IMG/VR virus record: IMGVR_UViG_3300038548_000322
Strand: one strand, 5' to 3'
Length of the DNA stretch: 64,000 nucleotides
DNA from: an uncultured virus (IMG/VR IMGVR_UViG_3300038548_000322)
Lineage: Duplodnaviria > Heunggongvirae > Uroviricota > Caudoviricetes
Positions 1 through 7,985 of this stretch are shown piece by piece. A program made the position numbers and the translations under genes. The notes beneath the pieces are model-generated. The model saw only the letters and a program-made list of their open reading frames with translations, was not told where the DNA came from and searched no databases. Positions within the stretch are counted from its first letter, which is position 1; each line of letters starts with the position of its first letter.

Positions 1-41
1 CCCTCGCGAGCGCGTCCCGTGTGTGTTGCACGTGCGTGAGG

Positions 42-263
42 CTAGATGCAGGTGGGCAGCTCCTCCTTGTCTGCCACTGCGCGACAACGCTTGCACTCAG
101 GTGCGTGACCGTACATCGTGTTGCAGTTCCACCGGGGCTCGTACCCGCACAGTGCCCGCTCGCCAGTGCCGCACACTCCGCGCACGTAGGCGTGACTCTT
201 GCCGGGTTTCACCCACGCGTCATCGAGCCAGTACGCTTGCCAACTGATTGCTTGAAGTCCCAT
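42..263 (-). CDS. small Cys/His-rich hypothetical protein
   Basis: Likely start at MGLQAISW just after the 265..585 stop; H...LCG...CKRC pattern. Confidence 0.5.
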   Translation of the reverse strand: MGLQAISWQAYWLDDAWVKPGKSHAYVRGVCGTGERALCGYEPRWNCNTMYGHAPECKRCRAVADKEELPTCI

Positions 264-264
264 C

Positions 265-585
265 TCAGTATCCCTCCTCAAGTGCCCACTCGTGAACCTC
301 ATCGAAGAGCGCGGTCGGTACCTTGATGACGTCACCGTCATCGTCACCCTCGACGTAACCGAATGCCTCGACCAGTGTGAGGCTGCTGCAGTAGACCTTG
401 TGTCCGACCGTCGTGCTCAGGTGACAGTAGCTGGTGCACTCGTCGCCGCTTTCCCACTCGACGTTAAGTTCTGCATCCCACTCCCTGCCGTTCGCATCGC
501 AGAAGTCTTGCGTGATGTTCTTCTCCTGAGATTGCAGGTGCTTGCGTTTCTTAATTTGCTTCGCAGTCTGTTCGATTAAGTTCAT
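265..585 (-). CDS. hypothetical protein
   Basis: 106-aa ORF, ATGA-coupled to the upstream gene. Confidence 0.6.
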   Translation of the reverse strand: MNLIEQTAKQIKKRKHLQSQEKNITQDFCDANGREWDAELNVEWESGDECTSYCHLSTTVGHKVYCSSLTLVEAFGYVEGDDDGDVIKVPTALFDEVHEWALEEGY

Positions 586-758
586 GACTGTTGCTCCCGT
601 TCGGCGACCAGCTGGTCAAGTAGCTTGCCCATCTCAAGGATGCCATCGCGCGCATCCTGCTTACCTTCATCGGTGCCGTGGTCGATGAGCATGATGTGCA
701 TGCGCGCGACCCCGGTCCAACTCGGTGCGAGGTTGATTGTCTTAGGTACATTACTCAT
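582..758 (-). CDS. hypothetical protein (58 aa, not in ORF track)
   Basis: Read by hand: MSNVPKTINLAPSW...EREQQS*; GGAG RBS upstream; stop overlaps next ATG. Confidence 0.6.
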   Translation of the reverse strand: MSNVPKTINLAPSWTGVARMHIMLIDHGTDEGKQDARDGILEMGKLLDQLVAEREQQS

Positions 759-789
759 TGCGTTTGCTCCGTTGCTTTCGCATTGATGC

Positions 790-2274
790 CTACACTCCCA
801 CTATTTCTAGCGGGAGGTAGACGAGGGTTTCAAGTGCGCGGGTGACTGCGACGTACTGCAGGTTGCGCTCTTGTTCTTGCTGCCATTCCTGTGTTGCCCA
901 TCGTGATGGCATCAGGTCCGGGTTCAAAATAAATACTCGCGGTGCCTCAAGGCCTTTCGCTTTGTGCACCGTTGCAAGCGTGGTGCCTTGCGCGCTGTCG
1001 CTGAAGATGTCTTCGATTGCCTTGACCAGTTCAGCGATGGTGTCGAGGCCTGCTGCCAGTACATTGATGCAGTCCACCTTGTCCTGTATCGCAGCGATCT
1101 TCGCTTCGTTTTTCTCGGCCTTCTTGACCATGCGCTGCTGCCATGTATCCAGCTTGGGTCGCAGCTCTTCGATTGTCTTCGCCCGTTTGCCAGCCGCCTT
1201 CTTGATGACGTTGACCAGACCCTTGCCGATCTCGCGACCCATCACGTGCACCTTGTGACCTTCGCTGATGCACTTGTATGCAAGCTCGATCAGGGGTGCA
1301 GTGTTGCGGCAGACCACGAGGTCCGTATCACTGAATGACTCGACGTCCCAGCTGGTAGGCTTGAGCACCTCGCCATCTTCAGCGCTGTCGCTTGCCTCGA
1401 TGTGCGGCACGAATCCCTGCGCTATCTCGACGACCTTGCGTGGGCACCGGTAGCTGATCGAGAGCGGTAGCGTCTCGGCCTTGAACACTCGACCGATGTT
1501 CTTGAGCGAGTCCGAGTCCGCGCCTCTGAATCCGTAGATCGCTTGGTGACTGTCGCCGACTGCGATCAGCCGTCCGTTACGTTTGAGGAATTTGCGCAGC
1601 AGCGTGCGTTGCACGTGCGACACATCCTGCGCCTCATCAATGATGACCCAGTCGTATCCCCATGCTGGCAAGTCAAGTGCGACCGGCATGTACAGCTGGT
1701 CATCGAAGTCGAAAACGTTTTGCTCTTCGAGCCCAGCCTTGAGCAGGATGTTAGCCCAGTTGATGAACGTCGCGGATCCGCAGCCGTTGGGGTCCACGTC
1801 GTACTTATCCATCAGCGTATCCCAGCGCTCGTCAGTTGCCTCGTACGTGCCGCTCGGTATGCGCATGCCCTTGGGCACCAGTCCGTGCGCCTTCGCCTTG
1901 CCGATGATGTTGAGCAGCTCGCTGCGTACCTCGCGCGACTCCTCTGGCAGTAGCTTGTCGATCAGGTCGAATGTCTTGTTGCGATCAACGGTGATGGTCT
2001 TGCCGAGACGGTAGCGGCAGACTGCCCAGCCCAGTGCGTTGAGTGTCTTGCTCTCGACGTGACCCGGAAGCTTGGTGCCCAGCTCGACTGCGATGGATTT
2101 GTTGAAGGCAAGGAAGACTGCCTTGTGCGCCTTCGGGATCAGCTGCGCAGCCTTCACGATGGTGAAGGTCTTGCCGCTGCCTGCGACCGCTTCAACGATC
2201 AGCGCGCCTGCGGTCTCAATGTGTGCGGTCACCCAGTCGATGACCGCTTGCTGATATTTGGAAAGTGTAATCAT
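790..2274 (-). CDS. UvrD/Rep-like superfamily 1 DNA helicase
   Basis: AVAGSGKT Walker A, IIDEAQD, VGDSHQAIYGFRGAD, SYRCP, TVHKAKGLE, YVAVTRA; start at MITLSKYQ with GGAG RBS. Confidence 0.93.
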   Translation of the reverse strand: MITLSKYQQAVIDWVTAHIETAGALIVEAVAGSGKTFTIVKAAQLIPKAHKAVFLAFNKSIAVELGTKLPGHVESKTLNALGWAVCRYRLGKTITVDRNKTFDLIDKLLPEESREVRSELLNIIGKAKAHGLVPKGMRIPSGTYEATDERWDTLMDKYDVDPNGCGSATFINWANILLKAGLEEQNVFDFDDQLYMPVALDLPAWGYDWVIIDEAQDVSHVQRTLLRKFLKRNGRLIAVGDSHQAIYGFRGADSDSLKNIGRVFKAETLPLSISYRCPRKVVEIAQGFVPHIEASDSAEDGEVLKPTSWDVESFSDTDLVVCRNTAPLIELAYKCISEGHKVHVMGREIGKGLVNVIKKAAGKRAKTIEELRPKLDTWQQRMVKKAEKNEAKIAAIQDKVDCINVLAAGLDTIAELVKAIEDIFSDSAQGTTLATVHKAKGLEAPRVFILNPDLMPSRWATQEWQQEQERNLQYVAVTRALETLVYLPLEIVGV

Positions 2275-2311
2275 GTTGTGCTCCGTGTAGATTTTTTGAC
2301 GTTGAGGGATC

Positions 2312-2361
2312 AGTATACCACAGGAGCGCTCCCATTGCAAATCAGGGGATTATGTTAAATA
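2312..2361 (-). promoter_or_regulatory. sigma70-like promoter P1
   Basis: TTGCAA-17 nt-TATACT with extended TG and upstream TATTTAACATAAT element; upstream of the helicase. Confidence 0.75.
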
Positions 2362-2374
2362 GACCCTCAGCCAC

Positions 2375-2409
2375 AAAAAAACCCCGGTCGCCATTACGCG
2401 TTACCGGGG
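2375..2409 (-). terminator. intrinsic terminator
   Basis: CCCCGGT...ACCGGGG stem followed by T7 on the minus strand. Confidence 0.8.
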
Positions 2410-2422
2410 CCGGAGCTTTCTG

Positions 2423-2683
2423 TTAGCTACAGTGGCGTGTCGGTGCTACGCAGACCGCAGTAACCTTCTCAGGTTTCGTAGGCTCTTTCTTTTCACAGAA
2501 GAAACCATCGAGCGTGCCTTCGATTTCCCAATAGTGCGTAGCTGGATTAAGGGTGTCTTTAACCATGTGGTTACCGACCGACAGGCATGCCATGCGTGAA
2601 TCATACTCCTCGCGCTCAACCATCTCACCGTTGATCACCAGTACCAGAAGCCACGATGTAAACCACCCAACAAATGGATCCAT
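2423..2683 (-). CDS. hypothetical protein with hydrophobic N-terminus
   Basis: 86-aa ORF with GAGGTG RBS. Confidence 0.6.
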   Translation of the reverse strand: MDPFVGWFTSWLLVLVINGEMVEREEYDSRMACLSVGNHMVKDTLNPATHYWEIEGTLDGFFCEKKEPTKPEKVTAVCVAPTRHCS

Positions 2684-2686
2684 GGG

Positions 2687-2848
2687 TCACCTCTTCTTCC
2701 TCTTCGGGACGTGCAGCTTCAGGTTGTCTGCGACGCAGCGTCGTAGCCTGCGCGAAGAGACGGTCATGTCTCTTCCAACCTCGGCCCAGCTGTCACCGCT
2801 AAGTACGCGAGTGACGACCAGAGCCACTTCAATATCAGTCAAGTACAT
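2687..2848 (-). CDS. small basic HTH-like protein
   Basis: MYLTDIEV...GDSWAEVGRDMTVSSRRLRR resembles a helix-turn-helix; TAATG coupling. Confidence 0.5.
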   Translation of the reverse strand: MYLTDIEVALVVTRVLSGDSWAEVGRDMTVSSRRLRRCVADNLKLHVPKRKKR

Positions 2849-3207
2849 TACTTCACCTCCAGTGCGGCACTCAGTAGAGTGCTCGCGATTAGGGCAAGAT
2901 CGTTCGGTGCCTGCCTGTCCTGACAATCGCCGATCACTTCGCCGATTGCCTTGACGTCGTCGCCCTTGGACAGGTCGTACTCTCTGCCGAGTATCCACAT
3001 CTTTCGTGGTTGCTTGTCCGCTTCGCGTGCCAGCTCCATGCCATCACGGCATCCGAGGTAGTACGCTTTGCGTGCAGTGTCTTTGACGGCGTTAGCGACA
3101 TTGGTCGAGCAAGGTGATCCTCTGCCATCAGTCATGCGCTGGATGGTATCGTCCACCATCTTGCGCAGGTCATCATGCTTGCGCCTGTTGTCGTCCATGA
3201 TGCTCAC
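2848..3207 (-). CDS. hypothetical protein
   Basis: 119-aa ORF, coupled to neighbours. Confidence 0.6.
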   Translation of the reverse strand: MSIMDDNRRKHDDLRKMVDDTIQRMTDGRGSPCSTNVANAVKDTARKAYYLGCRDGMELAREADKQPRKMWILGREYDLSKGDDVKAIGEVIGDCQDRQAPNDLALIASTLLSAALEVK

Positions 3208-3359
3208 CTCGGATACGTGTTGCGGATGCAGTTGAATCCAAAGTCCAGCTCACCTTCCTCTTCGGCTTCTTCAAGCACCTTGAGGATGCGGTCAGTCTGG
3301 TCTTCGGTCTCGGTACGAATTGTCAGTTCGTTGTTGTACTCTTTCTCTTTGGTACCCAT
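3204..3359 (-). CDS. hypothetical protein
   Basis: Start MGTKEKE, coupled to the upstream stop. Confidence 0.55.
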   Translation of the reverse strand: MGTKEKEYNNELTIRTETEDQTDRILKVLEEAEEEGELDFGFNCIRNTYPR

Positions 3360-3616
3360 TACTTTTGCTCCTTCAACTCGGGAACTTCGTCCCGGACTTT
3401 TGCCGTGTCGCGCATCGATGATTTGATCCACTCACGACCGTACTGGTGATGGAACTCCCGTCGGAATTTATCGACAGGTTCTCCGTATGCACCGAAGACG
3501 ACTATCTCGCCGACGTTCTCGGTCTCGCCATAGGTGATGACGATTCGCATCTGGTATTGGTAGCCAACGACGCGACCGTTCAGAAACATCTCAGTGTCGT
3601 GTTTAGAAAGTTTCAT
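3359..3616 (-). CDS. hypothetical protein
   Basis: Start MKLSKHD, TAATG coupling. Confidence 0.55.
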   Translation of the reverse strand: MKLSKHDTEMFLNGRVVGYQYQMRIVITYGETENVGEIVVFGAYGEPVDKFRREFHHQYGREWIKSSMRDTAKVRDEVPELKEQK

Positions 3617-3864
3617 TAGTAGATCACCGTGCCCAAGCCCATGGCATCCCATGTGAACTTGAGATCGTCAGGTTGGTACTCGTCATCACCGACACAGACC
3701 TGTGCCCATGCAACTGCGACAACGCACCAGCTGAAGTCGCCACTGATAGCCCACGTGTCTTTGCCGTACATGCCGCGACCAGAATAATTTTCGCGGAGGT
3801 TCAGGTCTTCGCAGCCTTCATCTTCCATCGCTGCGTGCAGTGCTTCTGCTTCTTTCCTATTCAT
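3616..3864 (-). CDS. small phage protein (YSGRGMYG motif)
   Basis: YSGRGMYG...DAMGLGTVIY pattern recalled from small phage proteins; AAAGGAG RBS. Confidence 0.65.
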   Translation of the reverse strand: MNRKEAEALHAAMEDEGCEDLNLRENYSGRGMYGKDTWAISGDFSWCVVAVAWAQVCVGDDEYQPDDLKFTWDAMGLGTVIY

Positions 3865-3884
3865 GTCATTTGCTCCTTTGCGTT

Positions 3885-4121
3885 TTAACATGCACCGCAA
3901 TTAACGCATCGCGGCCAATCGTCGAAGCCGAGTTGAGGATCAACTGCAGTCCTGTACTCCACTTCGCAAAATATGCAGATCGATTCGATCTTAGGTTCGC
4001 GGCTCGCGGCAACACCCTTGATGTAGTGTTCCGCCTCTTCGCGGGTGAAGGTCTTGCGCGTGACTCTCACGCGTTCCTGATCGGGACCTTCATCTGTCAA
4101 ACAAGTTACTGCGTAATTCAT
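3885..4121 (-). CDS. hypothetical protein with C-terminal zinc ribbon
   Basis: CIFC...CVNC; GGAG RBS. Confidence 0.6.
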   Translation of the reverse strand: MNYAVTCLTDEGPDQERVRVTRKTFTREEAEHYIKGVAASREPKIESICIFCEVEYRTAVDPQLGFDDWPRCVNCGAC

Positions 4122-4135
4122 TGTTCAGCTCCAGT

Positions 4136-4298
4136 AAAAAAGAGGGGTGGGATCAACGCTACCCAGATTCCTACCCCGGTCATCGATCAGCGGTGCCTCG
4201 CCTGTAAGGGTCATCAGCTCCGCGTCTCTCGCGGGATCAACGGTGGGGCTTTCTGTAATCGTCAAAAAACCAAAAGCGAAAGCTACTCCACCCCTCAG
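4136..4298 (-). ncRNA. candidate structured non-coding or leader RNA
   Basis: Lies between promoter P2 and a hairpin plus U-tract; several complementary segments; no convincing RBS-led ORF. Confidence 0.5.
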
Positions 4299-4304
4299 GT
4301 CTGC

Positions 4305-4333
4305 ATGGTTACACATCAGCGTACCCGTGTCAA
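4305..4333 (-). promoter_or_regulatory. sigma70-like promoter P2
   Basis: TTGACA-17 nt-AACCAT (weak -10); spacer CGGGTACGCTGATGTGT resembles the P1 and P3 spacers. Confidence 0.55.
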
Positions 4334-4492
4334 CCGCTTGCAACTGTGCCAGTCTTCGACGAATACCCTGTCATCGATCTGGATGTGCACGCGCGCCAGT
4401 ATCGTCTTGACCACTGTCCCGGTGAGCCAGCCCGCACCACGTTGGATGCGGACTGCGTCACCTCTCTTATACGGGTTGTCGCTAGTACCCAT
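4316..4492 (-). CDS. small KOW/SH3-like protein (58 aa, not in ORF track)
   Basis: MGTSDNPYKRGDAVRIQRGAGWLTGTVVKT...; TAATG coupling. Confidence 0.55.
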   Translation of the reverse strand: MGTSDNPYKRGDAVRIQRGAGWLTGTVVKTILARVHIQIDDRVFVEDWHSCKRLTRVR

Positions 4493-4788
4493 TACGCTAG
4501 CTCCTCCCCATCGACCGACGTCACGTTGTAGACGTTGTGCATCTGGTACTCGACCCGGTCACCGTGCGACATGCCTTCGAGGCCGAACGGATCATTGGCG
4601 AGTGATGCTCTGACCTTGTCACCGTCAACCTTGATGACCTTGGTCCAGATGCGTTCGCCTCCACCGTCGAGTATGCAGATCTTCGCGTACACTCCGGGCT
4701 TGACGACTTCGCGTAGGAGGTCGATGTCAGCGACCTCGAATGTATCCGGATGCTGTACTGCCATCCCTTGTGCGCTTTCTATTCTCAT
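4492..4788 (-). CDS. DUF2314/YegJ-like protein
   Basis: GERIWTKV...ASLANDP...GDRVEY pattern. Confidence 0.55.
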   Translation of the reverse strand: MRIESAQGMAVQHPDTFEVADIDLLREVVKPGVYAKICILDGGGERIWTKVIKVDGDKVRASLANDPFGLEGMSHGDRVEYQMHNVYNVTSVDGEELA

Positions 4789-5054
4789 GCTCCTAGCTCC
4801 TCTTTTGCTCTTTGAATGTAGGTGTAGTGATCGCTGCTACCGAAGCCCTCATCCTTAGGGAAGTCTTCGAGGTCGCAGCAGATCCAGTACAGGGTGTCGG
4901 CTATGTCGTTGCGATGGATGTCGAGTTCGAGCTTGCGCGCGACGTTCTCCATTACGTTGCGCACGAGCAGTGTGGTGTTCCACTTGTTGACGGTGAAGTG
5001 ACTCAGGTCCGCGTGGAAATCTGCAAGCGTGTTCGCTGCGGTCATGATGCTCAT
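4785..5054 (-). CDS. hypothetical protein
   Basis: 89-aa coupled ORF. Confidence 0.6.
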   Translation of the reverse strand: MSIMTAANTLADFHADLSHFTVNKWNTTLLVRNVMENVARKLELDIHRNDIADTLYWICCDLEDFPKDEGFGSSDHYTYIQRAKEELGA

Positions 5055-5314
5055 GAGAGTTGCTCCTCGTAACGTTTGAGATTCAGCTCCAGCTGCTTGA
5101 TGTTGAGACCGTTAATCTCGAACACCTCTTCGCAGTGAATCATGGCGGAGCCAAGTCGGGGAATCACGTACTGGTCGAGTGACCAGCCGTGGTCATCAAC
5201 ACCGACGATGATCGTGCCGGTGTTGTCAAGCGTGCGACCCAGTACCTTAAAGTTGTTCGGCAGGTACTGGGCAACACTCTTGGATTTGCCCGTGGCAGCG
5301 ATTGCGATTCTCAC
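5051..5314 (-). CDS. hypothetical protein
   Basis: 87-aa coupled ORF. Confidence 0.6.
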   Translation of the reverse strand: MRIAIAATGKSKSVAQYLPNNFKVLGRTLDNTGTIIVGVDDHGWSLDQYVIPRLGSAMIHCEEVFEINGLNIKQLELNLKRYEEQLS

Positions 5315-5613
5315 GCTGCTACTCCTCGGCGGGCGTTAACACGGATAGCGATGACTTCCTTCTCCGTGGTGTGCGACGTGACCAGCTGACGGCTGGGCTT
5401 CAGCTTCGCAGCTACTGCCTTCCAGTTGATGGTCGTGCGCAGGGACTCTACAACTACTGCGCGAAAGGTCTCACCTTCCATCGCAGTAATGCCAGCTTCG
5501 ATGAAGGTCTCGCGAATATCTGTCTCGCGATCTTTCAGGTCCGCTATCTGTGCGCGGAGGAAGCCAAGCTCATCGGCTAGTCCGGGCAGGTCTCTCTTTG
5601 CTACTTTACTCAT
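5311..5613 (-). CDS. hypothetical phage protein
   Basis: LADELGFLRAQIADLK coiled coil; AGGAG RBS; first gene after P3. Confidence 0.7.
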   Translation of the reverse strand: MSKVAKRDLPGLADELGFLRAQIADLKDRETDIRETFIEAGITAMEGETFRAVVVESLRTTINWKAVAAKLKPSRQLVTSHTTEKEVIAIRVNARRGVAA

Positions 5614-5653
5614 GGTCGTGCTCCTGTGGTATTTGTGAAACAGTACGAGACGT

Positions 5654-5703
5654 ACTATATCACAGGAGGGCTCCCGTGTAAAGTCCTTGAATTATGTTAA
5701 ATA
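5654..5703 (-). promoter_or_regulatory. sigma70-like promoter P3
   Basis: TTTACA-17 nt-TATAGT; spacer and upstream TATTTAACATAAT nearly identical to P1. Confidence 0.75.
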
Positions 5704-5715
5704 ACAGATACTTGG

Positions 5716-7827
5716 CTAGTCGAATGATTTTCTGAAGTAGCAGACGTTTCCGTGAGCTTCGGTGGTGCCGATGACTTCGGCTTCGAGAAGATCGTTGATG
5801 ATGTGTTCGCGATTGTTACGTTGAATGTCAGTTGTATTACGCGTGAGAGCTGCGGCGGGCATCATGCCATTCTTCATGCACAGCTTCTGCGCTGATGTAT
5901 TTGGTTTTTGTTCCATATATTTTTGCGGCTGACTGATGACGGCTTCAACTCGCCTTGCATTCTTCTCGACGTAACTGGTGCCGCTCGAAATGAATTGCAT
6001 TTTACTTGCCCAGCACTCGTTGCTCCACGATACTAATTTGATTGCCCACCGCGCGATGTCAGGTGTGATGACAGGACGATGTGCATCGACACCGACAGCT
6101 GCGACGCCTGCCATGATGAGTGCGTTTTGATTTGCTCTCGCCCACGTTTCATCTTTACGAGATCGACGCCGCGATGATTCTTCGTACTCATCGAAACGTG
6201 AAAACGTATCGGTGTCTTCGAACGCGATCTCAGTGTGGTCATCGTGCGGCTCGTGCGCAATAAGTTCGCGCGCATGTTTCTTGAGAGCTGACGGGAACAC
6301 TTTTGTGCGACGTGTGTTGCGCGGAGGGAAGTAGTCGCCAGTGTCCATTAAAACAAATCGATTGACGAAGCCAGTCTCGCGCGCAGTACCCGTGATGGCT
6401 TCCATGAGTGCTTCGGGTTGTGCGGTAGCGAGAAGAGTAAGGAACGGATGATCGAGAGCGGGGATTGATTGTCTGCGACCGGGAACGCCGGGAACAAATT
6501 GGTTCGCTGCACCATATAAAGAGATGACGTGCGTGAGGATTGCAAAGTCCTGTCCGCTGCTATTTTTTACGTTTGCCATGTAGCGCGCAGCTTCGTCCCA
6601 TAGCCAACATGCCATTCCTTCCTCACCTAAAATATCGAGCATCGCATAATAAGATTGGAAGCCTCGAAAGGCGACATCATCGAGCCCCACCCTATGCGTG
6701 AATTCTGTAACTGCAGAGAGTGCAGAATTCTTCCCGCCCCCTGTTCCTGCTGTCACCAAGAGGTAAGGCTGCAGTGGCGTGTCCCAGTGTTGCACGACGT
6801 AGTGATTGCAGCTCGCCAACGCGGTGCACATGATGCCAGAAGCGAGAGCGAAAATCGGCTGATCAAGATACTGTGCACTGCGTGCCCATTTTGCGCACTC
6901 ACCGACCAGTCCGGGCACTTCAAGCAACTGATCATCGAACGTGATCTTCTTGGGCGCACCTTTCGGTGCATCTATGACAGGACGCGTGACGATCTGTCCC
7001 TCGTGCATTCCGCTCTGCGTCCACCTGCGCAGTGCAGAGATGACTGGCATCGTCATCCAGTCTGTCAGTGTGGTGAATCCTTTTGTGCGATCACCAGCCT
7101 CGTGTTTTTCGATGGTGTTGACTACCGCATTCATGCGGTCATCGATCTCGTCTTCTTCGTCTTGGATGATGGTGAGTATCGCACCCATCACGCGCTTCAC
7201 TTTTTTAGCAGGCCACCGCTGGTGACACAGTGCACCTGTGCAGGCATGGACAAAGTCGTGTCGAGATCCAGCCTCAGGGTAGTAATGAAGGAAGACGGCA
7301 GCGACGGCAATTTCATCGCAGAGTCGTTCGAGGTCAAGCTTGGTCAGGGAGACAAACTCGGCATCTCCGTCACTGTTGGTGAAATACTTGCCACCTTCAG
7401 GATGACGCGACGGTGGGATGACTGATTGGGATCCTGTAGAACGAATTTCGACGATGGTGCCCAGTTCGGCCACCTGCCATTTTTTAGTCTTCGCACCCGC
7501 GACGCGATAAATATAGTGTGAATATTCTTTGTCGGTGCGACCGTAAATGTACGTCGCGGGAAGCAGTTGTTCAGCTACCCAAACAGCCTCGTCCATGTCC
7601 AGATCGACGTCGGTAACGTGCGCAGATGGCTCGCCCCAGAGTGCTCCGATGTTGTCACCGGGCTTAAATGCGCCGTTTTTTAAATCTTCTTCAACTAGCC
7701 TGAGATGCGGCCAGTTCTTGGCTTTAGGCCTTTTTGACCTCCTCTGCAGCGGAACTGTGTAGACATCCATAGCTAACCAGTACAACGCAGTTTGCGTCGC
7801 GTTCCATCCTGCTTTATCCTGTGCCAT
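5716..7827 (-). CDS. Prim-Pol primase fused to a DUF3987-like P-loop helicase domain
   Basis: N-terminal NIG...DVDLD...HYIY...EIRS...QSVIPPSRHPEG; C-terminal AGTGGGKN, WDEA, GFVNRF; start MAQDKAG. Confidence 0.82.
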   Translation of the reverse strand: MAQDKAGWNATQTALYWLAMDVYTVPLQRRSKRPKAKNWPHLRLVEEDLKNGAFKPGDNIGALWGEPSAHVTDVDLDMDEAVWVAEQLLPATYIYGRTDKEYSHYIYRVAGAKTKKWQVAELGTIVEIRSTGSQSVIPPSRHPEGGKYFTNSDGDAEFVSLTKLDLERLCDEIAVAAVFLHYYPEAGSRHDFVHACTGALCHQRWPAKKVKRVMGAILTIIQDEEDEIDDRMNAVVNTIEKHEAGDRTKGFTTLTDWMTMPVISALRRWTQSGMHEGQIVTRPVIDAPKGAPKKITFDDQLLEVPGLVGECAKWARSAQYLDQPIFALASGIMCTALASCNHYVVQHWDTPLQPYLLVTAGTGGGKNSALSAVTEFTHRVGLDDVAFRGFQSYYAMLDILGEEGMACWLWDEAARYMANVKNSSGQDFAILTHVISLYGAANQFVPGVPGRRQSIPALDHPFLTLLATAQPEALMEAITGTARETGFVNRFVLMDTGDYFPPRNTRRTKVFPSALKKHARELIAHEPHDDHTEIAFEDTDTFSRFDEYEESSRRRSRKDETWARANQNALIMAGVAAVGVDAHRPVITPDIARWAIKLVSWSNECWASKMQFISSGTSYVEKNARRVEAVISQPQKYMEQKPNTSAQKLCMKNGMMPAAALTRNTTDIQRNNREHIINDLLEAEVIGTTEAHGNVCYFRKSFD

Positions 7828-7858
7828 CTCGCCTCTTCTTGTTGTAGGTGTGAGAACC

Positions 7859-7896
7859 GGAGGGGGGATCGTCTCTGTTGGGAAGACCCCCCCTCC
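7859..7896. repeat. inverted repeat in the divergent primase/polymerase intergenic region
   Basis: GGAGGGGGG...CCCCCCCTCC next to an AT-rich tract. Confidence 0.6.
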
Positions 7897-7985
7897 AAAT
7901 TCAAATGAGTGTTTAAATTTTGTTAGGCCGACCAATCTAACAGAGATTACGGAGCACTGGAAATGGTCTTGAGCGCGCGGGCTCC

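Noticed and set aside
4195..4220. CTGATGA on the minus strand suggesting a hammerhead ribozyme
   Set aside because: The required GAAA after stem II is missing (reads CGAGGC) and stems I and III could not be built.
4125..4343. 72-aa ORF across the candidate RNA
   Set aside because: TTG start without a clear RBS, located upstream of the predicted promoter; not formally excluded.
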